DNA of 64,000 nt. Origin: Betaproteobacteria bacterium (GTDB lineage Bacteria > Pseudomonadota > Gammaproteobacteria > Burkholderiales > JACQAP01). The DNA lies in assembly GCA_016194905.1 (NCBI GenBank), contig JACQAP010000021.1:140942-204941 (forward strand), read 5' to 3'. Made by a program: the position numbers and the translations under genes. The notes beneath the pieces were generated by a model. That model had not been told where the DNA came from. It saw only the letters and a list, made by a program, of their open reading frames with translations, and did not search any database. Positions 56,222 through 64,000 of the stretch are shown one piece after another; within the stretch, counting starts at the first letter, position 1, and every line of letters begins with the position of its first letter.

Positions 56222-57001
56222 CTATTTCTTCATCCTGAAATTGCGTGAGCGCTCCAGAAACATGATGTAGCGTTGCACCAGGTTTTCGTTCGAGGGTGCC
56301 AGATTCAAAAACTGGCAGCCGCAGCGGCGAAAGCTCAGTCCGTTTTTCAGCGGCGTGTCGAACGAGTTGCGCACTTCCAGCGAGACCACCAGCGTACCGA
56401 CTTCCGGCAGCCCGATGCGGCAGTTCTTGAATACATCACCGATCTGGAAGCCGGTTGCGTCATGATTGTCCATCAGCGCAACCCCGCCGATACTGATGTC
56501 CAGCACGATGGTTTCAGCCTGCACGCCGGCACCGCGGTCCGGCAGCGGCAACGTGCAGATCAGTGGTTTCGTGATCGGCGTGGCAATACGGTAGTGCTCG
56601 CGGCGCTGGATGCGTACCAGAGTACCGGGCAGCGGAATGCGCAGCGCGGGGCGGCCCTGGTAACGCACTTCGCGAATGTCGCTGGTCGTGAATTTCACCT
56701 TGACCTGGTCGTGCGAGGTCACCAGCAACACTTTCTTTGCAGCGAGCAGCCGTTTGTTTGCTGCTGCGTCAGGGGAGACGTCGAGCACGACTTCCGCCGT
56801 GTCAGACATCACGGCCAGCAACGATGTCAGCGCGAAATCGGCACCGCCATCCAGATAAGCAGTGACCAGTTGCGTGTTCTGCATGATCTTCTTCAGCACG
56901 AAAACGATCTCGGCCGGCTGACTCACGGCGAAGCGGGCATCGTCGTCAAGCTGATTATCCCGGCCCTGCGGCTGGGCGCGGTTTGCGTCCTCTTGTTTCA
57001 T
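56222..57001 (-). CDS. ycgR: c-di-GMP-binding flagellar brake protein YcgR (PilZN + PilZ)
   Basis: PilZ motifs RREHYR and DISIGGVAL. YcgR-type N-terminal domain. ATG 57001 preferred, because the listed 57070 start would overlap the upstream gene. Confidence 0.8.
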   Translation of the reverse strand: MKQEDANRAQPQGRDNQLDDDARFAVSQPAEIVFVLKKIMQNTQLVTAYLDGGADFALTSLLAVMSDTAEVVLDVSPDAAANKRLLAAKKVLLVTSHDQVKVKFTTSDIREVRYQGRPALRIPLPGTLVRIQRREHYRIATPITKPLICTLPLPDRGAGVQAETIVLDISIGGVALMDNHDATGFQIGDVFKNCRIGLPEVGTLVVSLEVRNSFDTPLKNGLSFRRCGCQFLNLAPSNENLVQRYIMFLERSRNFRMKK

Positions 57002-57026
57002 GTTCCCGGAAACGATCACGGTTGCG

Positions 57027-57317
57027 TTATCTGTTCGGTGCGGGCGGGGCTGCGAGCCCTTGTTCGACACGATATAGCCAGGCGAGCAATTCCGCCACTG
57101 CCACGTAAAGTTGGGGAGGTATGTGCTGGTCGAGGTCTACGTGCATGAGAAGATTGACGAGTTCCGGCGATTCGTGCACGTATACGCCGGCTTCCCGCGC
57201 GCGAGCGATGATCGCTTCGGCGATGAGGCCATTACCCTTGGCGACGACCTGTGGTGCCGACTGGCCCTCGCGATAGGCAAGCGCCACCGCCGCGTGGTCA
57301 GGTCGTTTCGGGACCAT
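57027..57317 (-). CDS. FlhB C-terminal-domain-like protein (EscU/YscU/HrcU family fragment-type)
   Basis: 96 aa aligning to the post-cleavage FlhB domain: AVALAY...APQVVAKGNGLIAEAII..A.EAGVYV.E.PELV..L...IPPQLYVAVAELL. Has PDH where FlhB has NPTH. Confidence 0.8.
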   Translation of the reverse strand: MVPKRPDHAAVALAYREGQSAPQVVAKGNGLIAEAIIARAREAGVYVHESPELVNLLMHVDLDQHIPPQLYVAVAELLAWLYRVEQGLAAPPAPNR

Positions 57318-58374
57318 GACTTACCTCGAGTGCATGAATCGGTATGCCGGACGTATTGAAGCGATTTGCCAGCGCCGGCGCCTGTTCGCGCAGACGTCGG
57401 GCGTGTTGTTCGGAATCCGCGATGAGCCGCAGTTTTGCGCCGTTCGCGTCCAGTTCGATCCTCGCAAGCAGTTCCCCGATATTGGGCAGCGTCAGTTTCA
57501 ATTCGGTACGCCATGCTCTCGGTACTTCGCGGTCTTCTTCTGCGTGGGACGCACTGTCACCCACCTGCCATTCCATGAATTGGCCGGGCCATACCTGCCC
57601 GCGCCACGCGACGTGGCCGGATTCGAGCGCGCCGAGTTGCTGACGGATGATCGGGAAGGTGTCGGGATGCGCCGGTGAGCGCGCAACCTGCTCGGTTTGC
57701 GAAGGCGGATCCGCCTCGGCGCCATGCGCTGACTCCGTCGGCATTGCATCGGCGCGACGGATGGCTTCTTCGGAAACGGGAAAGGCCTGCAGTTCCATCA
57801 TTGCAGCGGCGGCTGCGGGCTGCATCGGCGCAAGCTTGCCTTGCGGTTCGCGTTGCAATTGCGCGGTCGAGCGTGTGCCCAGAACCCATTGCGCCTGGTG
57901 AGACTCGTAAAAAAGACCACTGAGTGCGAGCGCTTCGCGAAGAAGCGTTGCGGCCTGCGGTGCTTCCGGAACGCGCGACTGAAAGACTGGAATCGCGGCA
58001 CGCGCGGCGGGTTCATCGGGCGCTTCGATCTGGAACTCCCGGAGCATTGCCAGCAACTTACCGGCATCGCTGAGCTTCGATTCGGCCTGGTCGTTCGCGC
58101 GCTCGATTCCCAGCAAGGCAAAAGTCGGCCGCGGATTGTCGTTCACATAAACCATGCGCAGCAAATCGCCGGGGCGGGTGCCGTCGGGAAGCTTGAAGTC
58201 GTAGCTGCGACCGCGCACCGACACGATATAGCCGGCGCGGGATTGTTGTTCGACGCGTCCGTCGATCGGTTGTCCGGGCCGCAACGGAGGCAGTTCGCGG
58301 TCGCCCGCCACAAGCGAAGTGCGCACGGCGCCGACCAGCAGGCGCAATCGGGTAAGTGCCTCCGGACGAATCAT
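57298..58374 (-). CDS. second FliK-like hook-length control protein
   Basis: C-terminal Flg_hook-like segment (ELKLTLPNIGELLARIELDANGAKLRLIADSEQHARRL). Overlaps the flhB-like gene by 20 nt. The N-terminal part is not recognisable. Confidence 0.55.
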   Translation of the reverse strand: MIRPEALTRLRLLVGAVRTSLVAGDRELPPLRPGQPIDGRVEQQSRAGYIVSVRGRSYDFKLPDGTRPGDLLRMVYVNDNPRPTFALLGIERANDQAESKLSDAGKLLAMLREFQIEAPDEPAARAAIPVFQSRVPEAPQAATLLREALALSGLFYESHQAQWVLGTRSTAQLQREPQGKLAPMQPAAAAAMMELQAFPVSEEAIRRADAMPTESAHGAEADPPSQTEQVARSPAHPDTFPIIRQQLGALESGHVAWRGQVWPGQFMEWQVGDSASHAEEDREVPRAWRTELKLTLPNIGELLARIELDANGAKLRLIADSEQHARRLREQAPALANRFNTSGIPIHALEVSHGPETT

Positions 58375-58408
58375 GCTTGGGATTGCGCCGCCTCAGCGGC
58401 GCTCTGTT

Positions 58409-58756
58409 TCAGTCCGTTGCGCCAGCGTTATACGCGGCATGCAGCCTGCGCTCGTGCCCTACGCTGGTCAGCAGATGCTGCAATCTCTGCATCCAGGGTT
58501 CGGTCAGGTTGCGGATCTCGGCATCGTCCGCGAGCACCTTGCGGATGATTTCGACCTTGCGCCCGAGCACCTGGGGTTCGAGGACAATATCATTTTCGTT
58601 CCGGGTGTTCATGAGGCTTTCCACCAGCTTTCGGCATTCTTGTTCGCGATTGACCAGCAGGTCCCAGTCGGCGGCGCGTGCTGCATCCAGCATCTGTGCC
58701 GTGACGGCAAGAATATTCTCGTAGGTCCCGATCACTTCTTTGCTGGTCATATTCAC
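58409..58756 (-). CDS. fliT: flagellar chaperone FliT
   Basis: 115-aa helical protein directly after fliS (start overlaps the fliS stop). FliT-like AADWDLLVNREQECRKLVESL...VLADDAEIRNLTEPW. Confidence 0.7.
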   Translation of the reverse strand: MNMTSKEVIGTYENILAVTAQMLDAARAADWDLLVNREQECRKLVESLMNTRNENDIVLEPQVLGRKVEIIRKVLADDAEIRNLTEPWMQRLQHLLTSVGHERRLHAAYNAGATD

Positions 58757-59181
58757 TCCCCGCCGACGATGACCGCAGGTTGAGTCTGGTTATTTTTGCC
58801 GATCGCTTGCCATGCGTCATTGAGTTCCGCCAGCAACCGACCTACCTCTTCCAGGGGTTCGGCGCGATTGCCGATATTGGCTTCGGTGAGCCTGACCACC
58901 ATGTACTCGTAGAGGGTGAACAATTTCTCGGCAATCTCGCCACCGCCCTCGCGATCCAGACTCGCCATCAGTCCATCCTGGATTATGGCCACCGCCTTGG
59001 ATATGGCCTGGGCCTTTTCCGCCGTCCGGCCGATCTGCATGTGCATGCGGGACGCGGAGACGGCGAGCATCGCCCCTTCGAACAACATCAGCACAAGTCC
59101 GTGCGGACTCGCGGACATGACGCCGCTCGTTACTCCTACGGTCGTGTAGTTTTTTGCGGAATTCAGGTTGTTCGAGAACAT
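58753..59181 (-). CDS. fliS: flagellin chaperone FliS
   Basis: ASPHGLVLMLFEGAMLAV...AISKAVAIIQDGL...LFTLYEYMVVRLTEAN is a FliS four-helix sequence. Confidence 0.9.
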   Translation of the reverse strand: MFSNNLNSAKNYTTVGVTSGVMSASPHGLVLMLFEGAMLAVSASRMHMQIGRTAEKAQAISKAVAIIQDGLMASLDREGGGEIAEKLFTLYEYMVVRLTEANIGNRAEPLEEVGRLLAELNDAWQAIGKNNQTQPAVIVGGE

Positions 59182-59204
59182 GATTGTGATTGTTGTAGCT
59201 ATTA

Positions 59205-60623
59205 TTATGATGAGGTCTTGGGAAGATTCGCGAGCTGCTGTGTCAGGAAATTGCTGGTCTGCTGCATGTTGCTCATCAACACGTCTAGCGCGGTAAACTG
59301 CGCGCGGTAACGCTTTTCCACGCCATCCAGACGCTGCGACATCGCATCGCTGCGGCGCGTTAGATCGGCGATGGAACGGTTGATCCCGTCCGTGCGCGCC
59401 TGCAAAACGCCGCCTGACCCGGCCAGACGATCGGCGAGAGTCGAGAGCGAACTGCCAAAGAAGGTGGCTGCCGCCAGTACCGAGGCAGGATCGGCATCGA
59501 TCGCTCCTTGCGCCTTGGTGCTGTCGAACGTAAGGGAGCCATCTTTCTGGAAACTTACGCCAAGCTGTGACAACGAGTTGATGGAGCCGCCGCTGTTATT
59601 CAGGATCACGCCCAGCGCCGAGCGCAGCCGGCTCAGGATGCTCACCGTGGCGGTATCGCCCTGCAGAAGAGCCTTCAGGGCAGTGGCGCTCTTGATCGCC
59701 CTGTTGGTGTCGTTGTACGAGTCGACAATACTCTTGAGTGCGGAACTGATGTTTGTGCTGTCGCGCGCCACGCTGACAGTGACATCGGTGGTGAGCTTCG
59801 ACAGCTTCAGTGTGACGCCCTGGATAGCGTCGGCAATATTGTTCGTTGGCCGACTGATGGCGATGCCGCTGATGGACAATTGAGCGTCGAGTGCTGTCTG
59901 CGTCTGCCGCAGGTTCTGCGTGCCGCCGGGATCGCTGGCAAGGAGCGTGGTGATATCTGCGCTGCCGGTGACGCCGATTTTGAGGCTGTTCCCGGCGCCC
60001 GTTGCGTTCGAAGTGATCGTGAGACGATACGGTGCGGCACTTCCGTCATTGACGATGGCCGCGGTTACGCCGGCATTGGCGGCGTTGATCGCATCGCGAA
60101 TGCCCTCGAGCGTATTGTTCGAACTGCCGATCTGGACTTGTACCGCGGTCCTCGCGGGATCGGCGGTAAAGGTCGCGCCGCTGTAGGTGCCTGAGTTGAC
60201 GTCGAGCGTTCCGCCGGTAATGCTGCCGAAGCTGAAGGCCAGGGTAGTCGGAGTGCCGTCGCCGATCTTGGCACCGAGCGAGGTCTGCCCGGCGGCAACC
60301 AGGCGCTGCGCCTGGGCGAGTTGGGTCACCGTTACGTTGTAGGTGCCGGCAACCGAGGTGGAGCCGGCTGAGCCGCTGACGGAAGTCGAATCGGAAGAAC
60401 TGAGTTTGTATGCCGTGCTGCTGCCTGCGGTTTTCAATGCGCTGGCGGCAGTCTGGAAACTTGAGAGCGCTCCCTTGATGGTACCGAGAGTTGATAGTTG
60501 CGACGTAAATTGGGCTTCGCGTTGCGCCAATGCGACCAGCGGTTGCTGCTCAACTTGCATGAGCCTGGTTACTATGCTGTCGACGTCCAGTCCGGAACCG
60601 ATTCCGCTCGACGAGATGGCCAT
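59205..60623 (-). CDS. fliD: flagellar filament cap protein FliD
   Basis: MAISSSGIGSGLDVDSIVTRLMQVEQQPL N-terminus with GGGAG RBS. C-terminal FTALDVLMSNMQQTSNFLTQQL. The listed ORF extends to 60680. Confidence 0.88.
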   Translation of the reverse strand: MAISSSGIGSGLDVDSIVTRLMQVEQQPLVALAQREAQFTSQLSTLGTIKGALSSFQTAASALKTAGSSTAYKLSSSDSTSVSGSAGSTSVAGTYNVTVTQLAQAQRLVAAGQTSLGAKIGDGTPTTLAFSFGSITGGTLDVNSGTYSGATFTADPARTAVQVQIGSSNNTLEGIRDAINAANAGVTAAIVNDGSAAPYRLTITSNATGAGNSLKIGVTGSADITTLLASDPGGTQNLRQTQTALDAQLSISGIAISRPTNNIADAIQGVTLKLSKLTTDVTVSVARDSTNISSALKSIVDSYNDTNRAIKSATALKALLQGDTATVSILSRLRSALGVILNNSGGSINSLSQLGVSFQKDGSLTFDSTKAQGAIDADPASVLAAATFFGSSLSTLADRLAGSGGVLQARTDGINRSIADLTRRSDAMSQRLDGVEKRYRAQFTALDVLMSNMQQTSNFLTQQLANLPKTSS

Positions 60624-60698
60624 GAGATTCGCTCCCGCGGCGGCAATCTTTGCCGCGCCCAAATCACCGGCGGCATGCACGCCCGCCCAATACAGGAA

Positions 60699-60725
60699 TT
60701 ATCGGGACCGGCGCCGAAAACTTTA
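60699..60725 (-). promoter_or_regulatory. sigma-28 promoter of fliDST
   Basis: Minus strand reads TAAAGTTT-N11-CCCGATAA, a near-consensus match. Lies between flaG and fliD. Confidence 0.65.
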
Positions 60726-60756
60726 GGATGGAACTGATATGGAAAGCGCCGTCAAT

Positions 60757-61101
60757 TCAGGCTTTCTGTTTGATCAGCAAACCCTCAAACCTATCGAGTG
60801 CACGGGCGATTGCGAGCATCTCTTCGGATGGAAACTGGCGAATGACCTGCTGGGTACTGGCGTCGATAATACGCACGACAATCTTGCCGGTCGCTGCATC
60901 TCTGGCAAATTCGAGATCGGTCGTCACCTGCTTGAGCGCTGCGTTTGCTGCGTCGATTGCGTGCTTGATCTGCGATTCGCTTGGCTCAGTATGTTCGGAC
61001 CGCAGCAGAGTATCGGCCGGACGCGTGACCGCCGTCGCGGCGGGTTGTGAAACGCCCGGCATCTGAATCGGGACGTTGGACGTCGATGCGATAGGCTGCA
61101 T
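60757..61101 (-). CDS. flaG: flagellar protein FlaG
   Basis: 114 aa. FlaG signature LEFARDAATGKIVVRIIDASTQQVIRQFPSEEMLAIARAL. Confidence 0.8.
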   Translation of the reverse strand: MQPIASTSNVPIQMPGVSQPAATAVTRPADTLLRSEHTEPSESQIKHAIDAANAALKQVTTDLEFARDAATGKIVVRIIDASTQQVIRQFPSEEMLAIARALDRFEGLLIKQKA

Positions 61102-61131
61102 GATGCCTCCTGGTGTGCTCGTTAAGGGAGC

Positions 61132-61172
61132 GTCATCGGCCCGATGCCGGGATTGCCGACCGGGCCGATGAC
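61132..61172 (-). terminator. inverted repeat downstream of fliC (possible partial terminator/attenuator)
   Basis: Perfect 12-bp arms GTCATCGGCCCG / CGGGCCGATGAC with a 17-nt loop. No clear U-tract follows. Confidence 0.35.
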
Positions 61173-61187
61173 CCTACCGTTGCCGAC

Positions 61188-62666
61188 TTACTTCAGCAGA
61201 GACAGCACGCTGTTCGAAGACGCGTTGGCTTGGGCCAGAATCGCCACGCCTGCTTGCTGCAGGATCTGGCCGCGGGTGAGTGCAGCGGTTTCCTGCGCGA
61301 AGTCTGCATCGCGGATACGGCTACGTGCGGACGACAGGTTCTCCGACGTGGTTTGCAGGTTCGAAATGGTGTTCTCGAACCGTGCCTGCAACGCGCCGAA
61401 TTTCGCACGTTGGCCGTTGATGCTGGCAAGCGCCGAGTCGACGATCGACAGGGATCGGTTCGCGGCGGCGACGCTGCCCACATCGAGATCGCCGACTTTC
61501 TGCAACTGCCCTGCGGCGGTAACTGCCGTGAAGAAGTCAGTGGTATTGGCGGCGGCGACGTTGAACGTCTTGTCCGAATCGAGCACGATCTGGCCGGTGC
61601 CGACTGCGCTAGCAGCAGCAGCAGTTGCAGTGCCGCCAACCGTGACCGTAGTCGAACCGGCGTTGTTGGCGATCGTGATGTTTTCACCTGCCTGGTTGAG
61701 CAGCGTGATACCGGTGCCAGCGGTGTTTACTTTGGCGGTAACTCCGGTCTTCGAGGATACGTCGTTGATCGCACTGACTGCCGATGAGAGGCCGTCGGTG
61801 TTAACCGTTGCACCCACCGTGAAAGCGACCGTGACAGCGGTCGTGTTGTTCGACGTGACATTGAGGGAATAGCTCGAGCTCGCCGTGAAGGCGGTCAGGT
61901 CGAACTGGGTGATCGCGCTGGCGGTTACGCCGGTGTTCGCGGTCTGCGCATTGATCTGGCCGGCAACGGTCTTTGCGCTCGCAGCGGCGGCCGCGGTGAT
62001 GGTTGCACTGCCTACTGCGCCGTTGATCGTGATGGTGCCGCCGGCAACGCGGCTGGTGGCCGCGGCATTGGAGGCGATCGCGTTCGCTGTGCTGCCCGCA
62101 GTCAGATCTCCATCCGGGTTCGACGCGGTTGCGGCCAAGGAGCCGATGCGGTAATTGCCGTACTGGTTGGTGCGGAAGTTACCGGTCGTCGCGGTGATCG
62201 TCTGGTTGGCGTTGGCGCCGACCTGGAAGGTTGCGGACCCGAAGCTACCATCGAGCAGTTTCAGTCCGTTGAATTCGGACGTTTGCGCGACGCGGTCCAA
62301 TTCGGAAGCAAGCTGCGTCACTTCGGCGTTGAGTGCCTGGCGGTCGCCGGCTGAATTGGAAGCGTTGGCCGATTGAACAGCCAATTCGCGGATACGCTGC
62401 AGGATGTCCCCTGCGGTCTGCAATGCGCCTTCAGCAGTTTGCGCCAGGGATACGCCGTCATTCGCATTGCGTCGGGCCTGATCGAGACCGCGGATTTGCG
62501 CGGTGAACCGTTCCGAAATCGCCAGGCCGGCGGCATCGTCTTTGGCGCTGTTGATGCGCAGGCCGGACGACAAACGCTGCAACGACGTGGCAAGTGCGCT
62601 TTGCGAAACGTTGAGGTTTCGCTGGGCGTTCAGCGAGGCAACGTTTGTATTGATAATTTGCGGCAT
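61188..62666 (-). CDS. fliC: flagellin FliC
   Basis: [19 protein letters not shown]... N-terminus after AAGGAGAAAG RBS. C-terminal [25 protein letters not shown]. Ala/Thr-rich variable centre. Confidence 0.93.
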   Translation of the reverse strand: MPQIINTNVASLNAQRNLNVSQSALATSLQRLSSGLRINSAKDDAAGLAISERFTAQIRGLDQARRNANDGVSLAQTAEGALQTAGDILQRIRELAVQSANASNSAGDRQALNAEVTQLASELDRVAQTSEFNGLKLLDGSFGSATFQVGANANQTITATTGNFRTNQYGNYRIGSLAATASNPDGDLTAGSTANAIASNAAATSRVAGGTITINGAVGSATITAAAAASAKTVAGQINAQTANTGVTASAITQFDLTAFTASSSYSLNVTSNNTTAVTVAFTVGATVNTDGLSSAVSAINDVSSKTGVTAKVNTAGTGITLLNQAGENITIANNAGSTTVTVGGTATAAAASAVGTGQIVLDSDKTFNVAAANTTDFFTAVTAAGQLQKVGDLDVGSVAAANRSLSIVDSALASINGQRAKFGALQARFENTISNLQTTSENLSSARSRIRDADFAQETAALTRGQILQQAGVAILAQANASSNSVLSLLK

Positions 62667-62779
62667 TACTTTCTCCTTTGCCAAGATTTGACTTCTGGCG
62701 GCGTTAGGGTCGTAAAGCTCATGACGCCGTCAACGTTGGCCCGCCTCCAAAAGAGGCAACAAAACCGCCGTTACTCCTG

Positions 62780-62806
62780 ATATCGGTTGGCGGAATTGGA
62801 ACTTTA
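62780..62806 (-). promoter_or_regulatory. sigma-28 promoter of fliC
   Basis: Minus strand reads TAAAGTTC-N11-ACCGATAT. The -10 lies about 114 nt upstream of the fliC ATG. Confidence 0.65.
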
Positions 62807-62808
62807 GG

Positions 62809-62854
62809 AAAAGAAAAAAGGGGGTCATGCGGAACACTCGGTTCCGCATGACCC
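62809..62854 (-). terminator. rho-independent terminator of the upstream GGDEF gene
   Basis: Perfect 14-bp stem GGGTCATGCGGAAC / GTTCCGCATGACCC, loop of 5 nt, followed on the minus strand by CTTTTTTCTTTTCC. Confidence 0.75.
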
Positions 62855-62894
62855 GTAAACACCCCGGGGAGGGGCGACTAACCAGCTGATTCAG

Positions 62895-63698
62895 TTAATC
62901 GGCAAGAGCGAACATGACGCGGTTCTTGCCGGAATGCTTTGCACGATAAAGTGCCGCATCGAGGCGCTTCTCCACCTCTTCTTGCGGTTCGCCGAACGCG
63001 CGCACGGCGACGCTGGCTGTGAACGTCACGGATATATGATGGTGTCCGCAAACGACGACGTTATTTGCTACGGCCTTCAGCAGGCGATTCAGTGCGGCGA
63101 AAGCCGCCTGCTCGTTGCTGTTCGGCAGCAGCGCCATGAACTCTTCGCCGCCGACCCGCGCAAGCACGTCGTTCGGTCGCAGCGTGGTGCGCATCACCTT
63201 GGCAAGATGGGTCAGCGCCGCGTCACCCGCGGGGTGGCCGTACGAATCGTTGATACGCTTGAAATCGTCGATATCGATGGATGCGATGCACAACGGCGTG
63301 CCATGGCGGTCACTGCGGGCCGCTTCCGCGACGAAGCCTGATTTCATCCCTCGGCGATTAAGAAGCTCGGTGAGCGGATCGACATTGGTCAGCTCGATGG
63401 CTTTGTTCAATTCGGCCTTCAGCGCCTCGATTTCGAGTTCGGCGCGCCGAACCTTGTCCTCGGCCAGCGCCAGAGCCCCATCGCCCCGCAGAGAGCGCGT
63501 CTCGCCGAGCGCCTCGTCGAGAATATCGACGATTTGCTCGACGCTGCGCGTTGCACGGATGCGCTTGGCAAAGGCTTCGATGCGCTGGTAGTACCCGGCC
63601 GGCGCCGCCGGCAGGTTGGACGGAACCTGAAACGGCGAGGCGTCCTCCGCCTTCGGAACCATCAATCGCAGCAAATCGTCGACTAACACAGCCATCAT
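62895..63698 (-). CDS. diguanylate cyclase (coiled-coil N-terminus + GGDEF domain)
   Basis: LTELLNRRG, DIDDFKRINDSYGH, I-site RPND, active site GGEEF. C-terminal LYRAKHSGKNRV. Confidence 0.85.
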   Translation of the reverse strand: MMAVLVDDLLRLMVPKAEDASPFQVPSNLPAAPAGYYQRIEAFAKRIRATRSVEQIVDILDEALGETRSLRGDGALALAEDKVRRAELEIEALKAELNKAIELTNVDPLTELLNRRGMKSGFVAEAARSDRHGTPLCIASIDIDDFKRINDSYGHPAGDAALTHLAKVMRTTLRPNDVLARVGGEEFMALLPNSNEQAAFAALNRLLKAVANNVVVCGHHHISVTFTASVAVRAFGEPQEEVEKRLDAALYRAKHSGKNRVMFALAD

Positions 63699-63875
63699 TT
63701 CTCCCTCTTATCGAGAACCCGATCGTTCCGGATATTCCGGACCGAGCAGACGATGGTTGCCAATCTAATGGCAATTCCGCAACGGCAAAGCCCGGAAAAG
63801 AAGGGGAAAAAGCGGGTAAATCAGCGAATCGTCCCGGCCGGCGGCAGGCGTTAGCCGGACTGCGCGCCGAAATGG

Positions 63876-64000
63876 CTAGTTTTCGGCGGCGCAGACCCGG
63901 TTCTTGCCGGAGCGCTTGGCCTGATAAAGCGCGCGGTCCGCGCGGGACACGGCTGGTTCGAGATCTTCGCTGGAACTGCGCTGAGAGACGCCGCAACTGA
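63876..64000 (-). CDS. 3' end of a second GGDEF-domain protein (partial, continues beyond window)
   Basis: Manual translation of the minus strand gives ...DRALYQAKRSGKNRVCAAEN*, a typical GGDEF-domain C-terminus. Stop at 63876-63878. Confidence 0.6.
   Translation of the reverse strand, partial: SCGVSQRSSSEDLEPAVSRADRALYQAKRSGKNRVCAAEN

Noticed and set aside
63358-63996. 212-aa minus-strand ORF and 149-aa plus-strand ORF (63551-64000) at the window end
   Set aside because: Both are out of frame with, or antisense to, the GGDEF genes. They are Arg/Pro/Gly-rich shadow frames. The GGDEF C-terminus found by manual translation at 63876-64000 explains the coding signal.

Overview
GC-rich proteobacterial chromosome segment with beta-proteobacterial-type gene order. 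An almost complete flagellar regulon dominates it. The blocks are: flhDC-motAB-(two unknown genes)-cheYZ-soluble MCP; flhBAFG-fliA; flgNMA divergent from flgBCDEFGHIJKL; fliRQPONMLKJIHGF divergent from a small HTH gene plus fliE; ycgR; a second fliK-like/flhB-C-terminal-like pair; and fliTSD-flaG-fliC. Two-component and c-di-GMP genes flank and interrupt these blocks (six GGDEF/EAL/HDOD/PilZ genes). I could read five sigma-28-type promoters (cheY, flgM, flgK, fliD, fliC) and several hairpin terminators. No rRNA, tRNA or CRISPR array was seen. Two things stand out. (1) Directly after fliA the regulon is broken by about 13 kb of accessory DNA. A 10.6-kb block is bracketed by ~95-bp direct repeats that duplicate the last fliA codons plus the fliA terminator. 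It carries an IS6-type transposase relic, an APC-permease-fused histidine kinase with a REC-PAS-HK partner, and a TonB-receptor/YfiR-like/GGDEF-EAL operon. A visibly lower-GC 2.4-kb two-gene cassette follows it: a small 3-TM protein and a 543-aa Walker A/B NTPase with a winged-helix-like tail. I cannot assign this cassette to a named family, and it is my best candidate for an undescribed (defence/abortive-infection-like) system. (2) Six flagellar intergenic gaps contain elements built from tandem heptamer arrays, mostly as inverted arrays able to form long stems. Two of them share a homologous core in opposite orientation, which points to a repeat-element family embedded in the flagellar operons. 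All functional calls rest on motif recognition in the supplied translations. No database search was possible.
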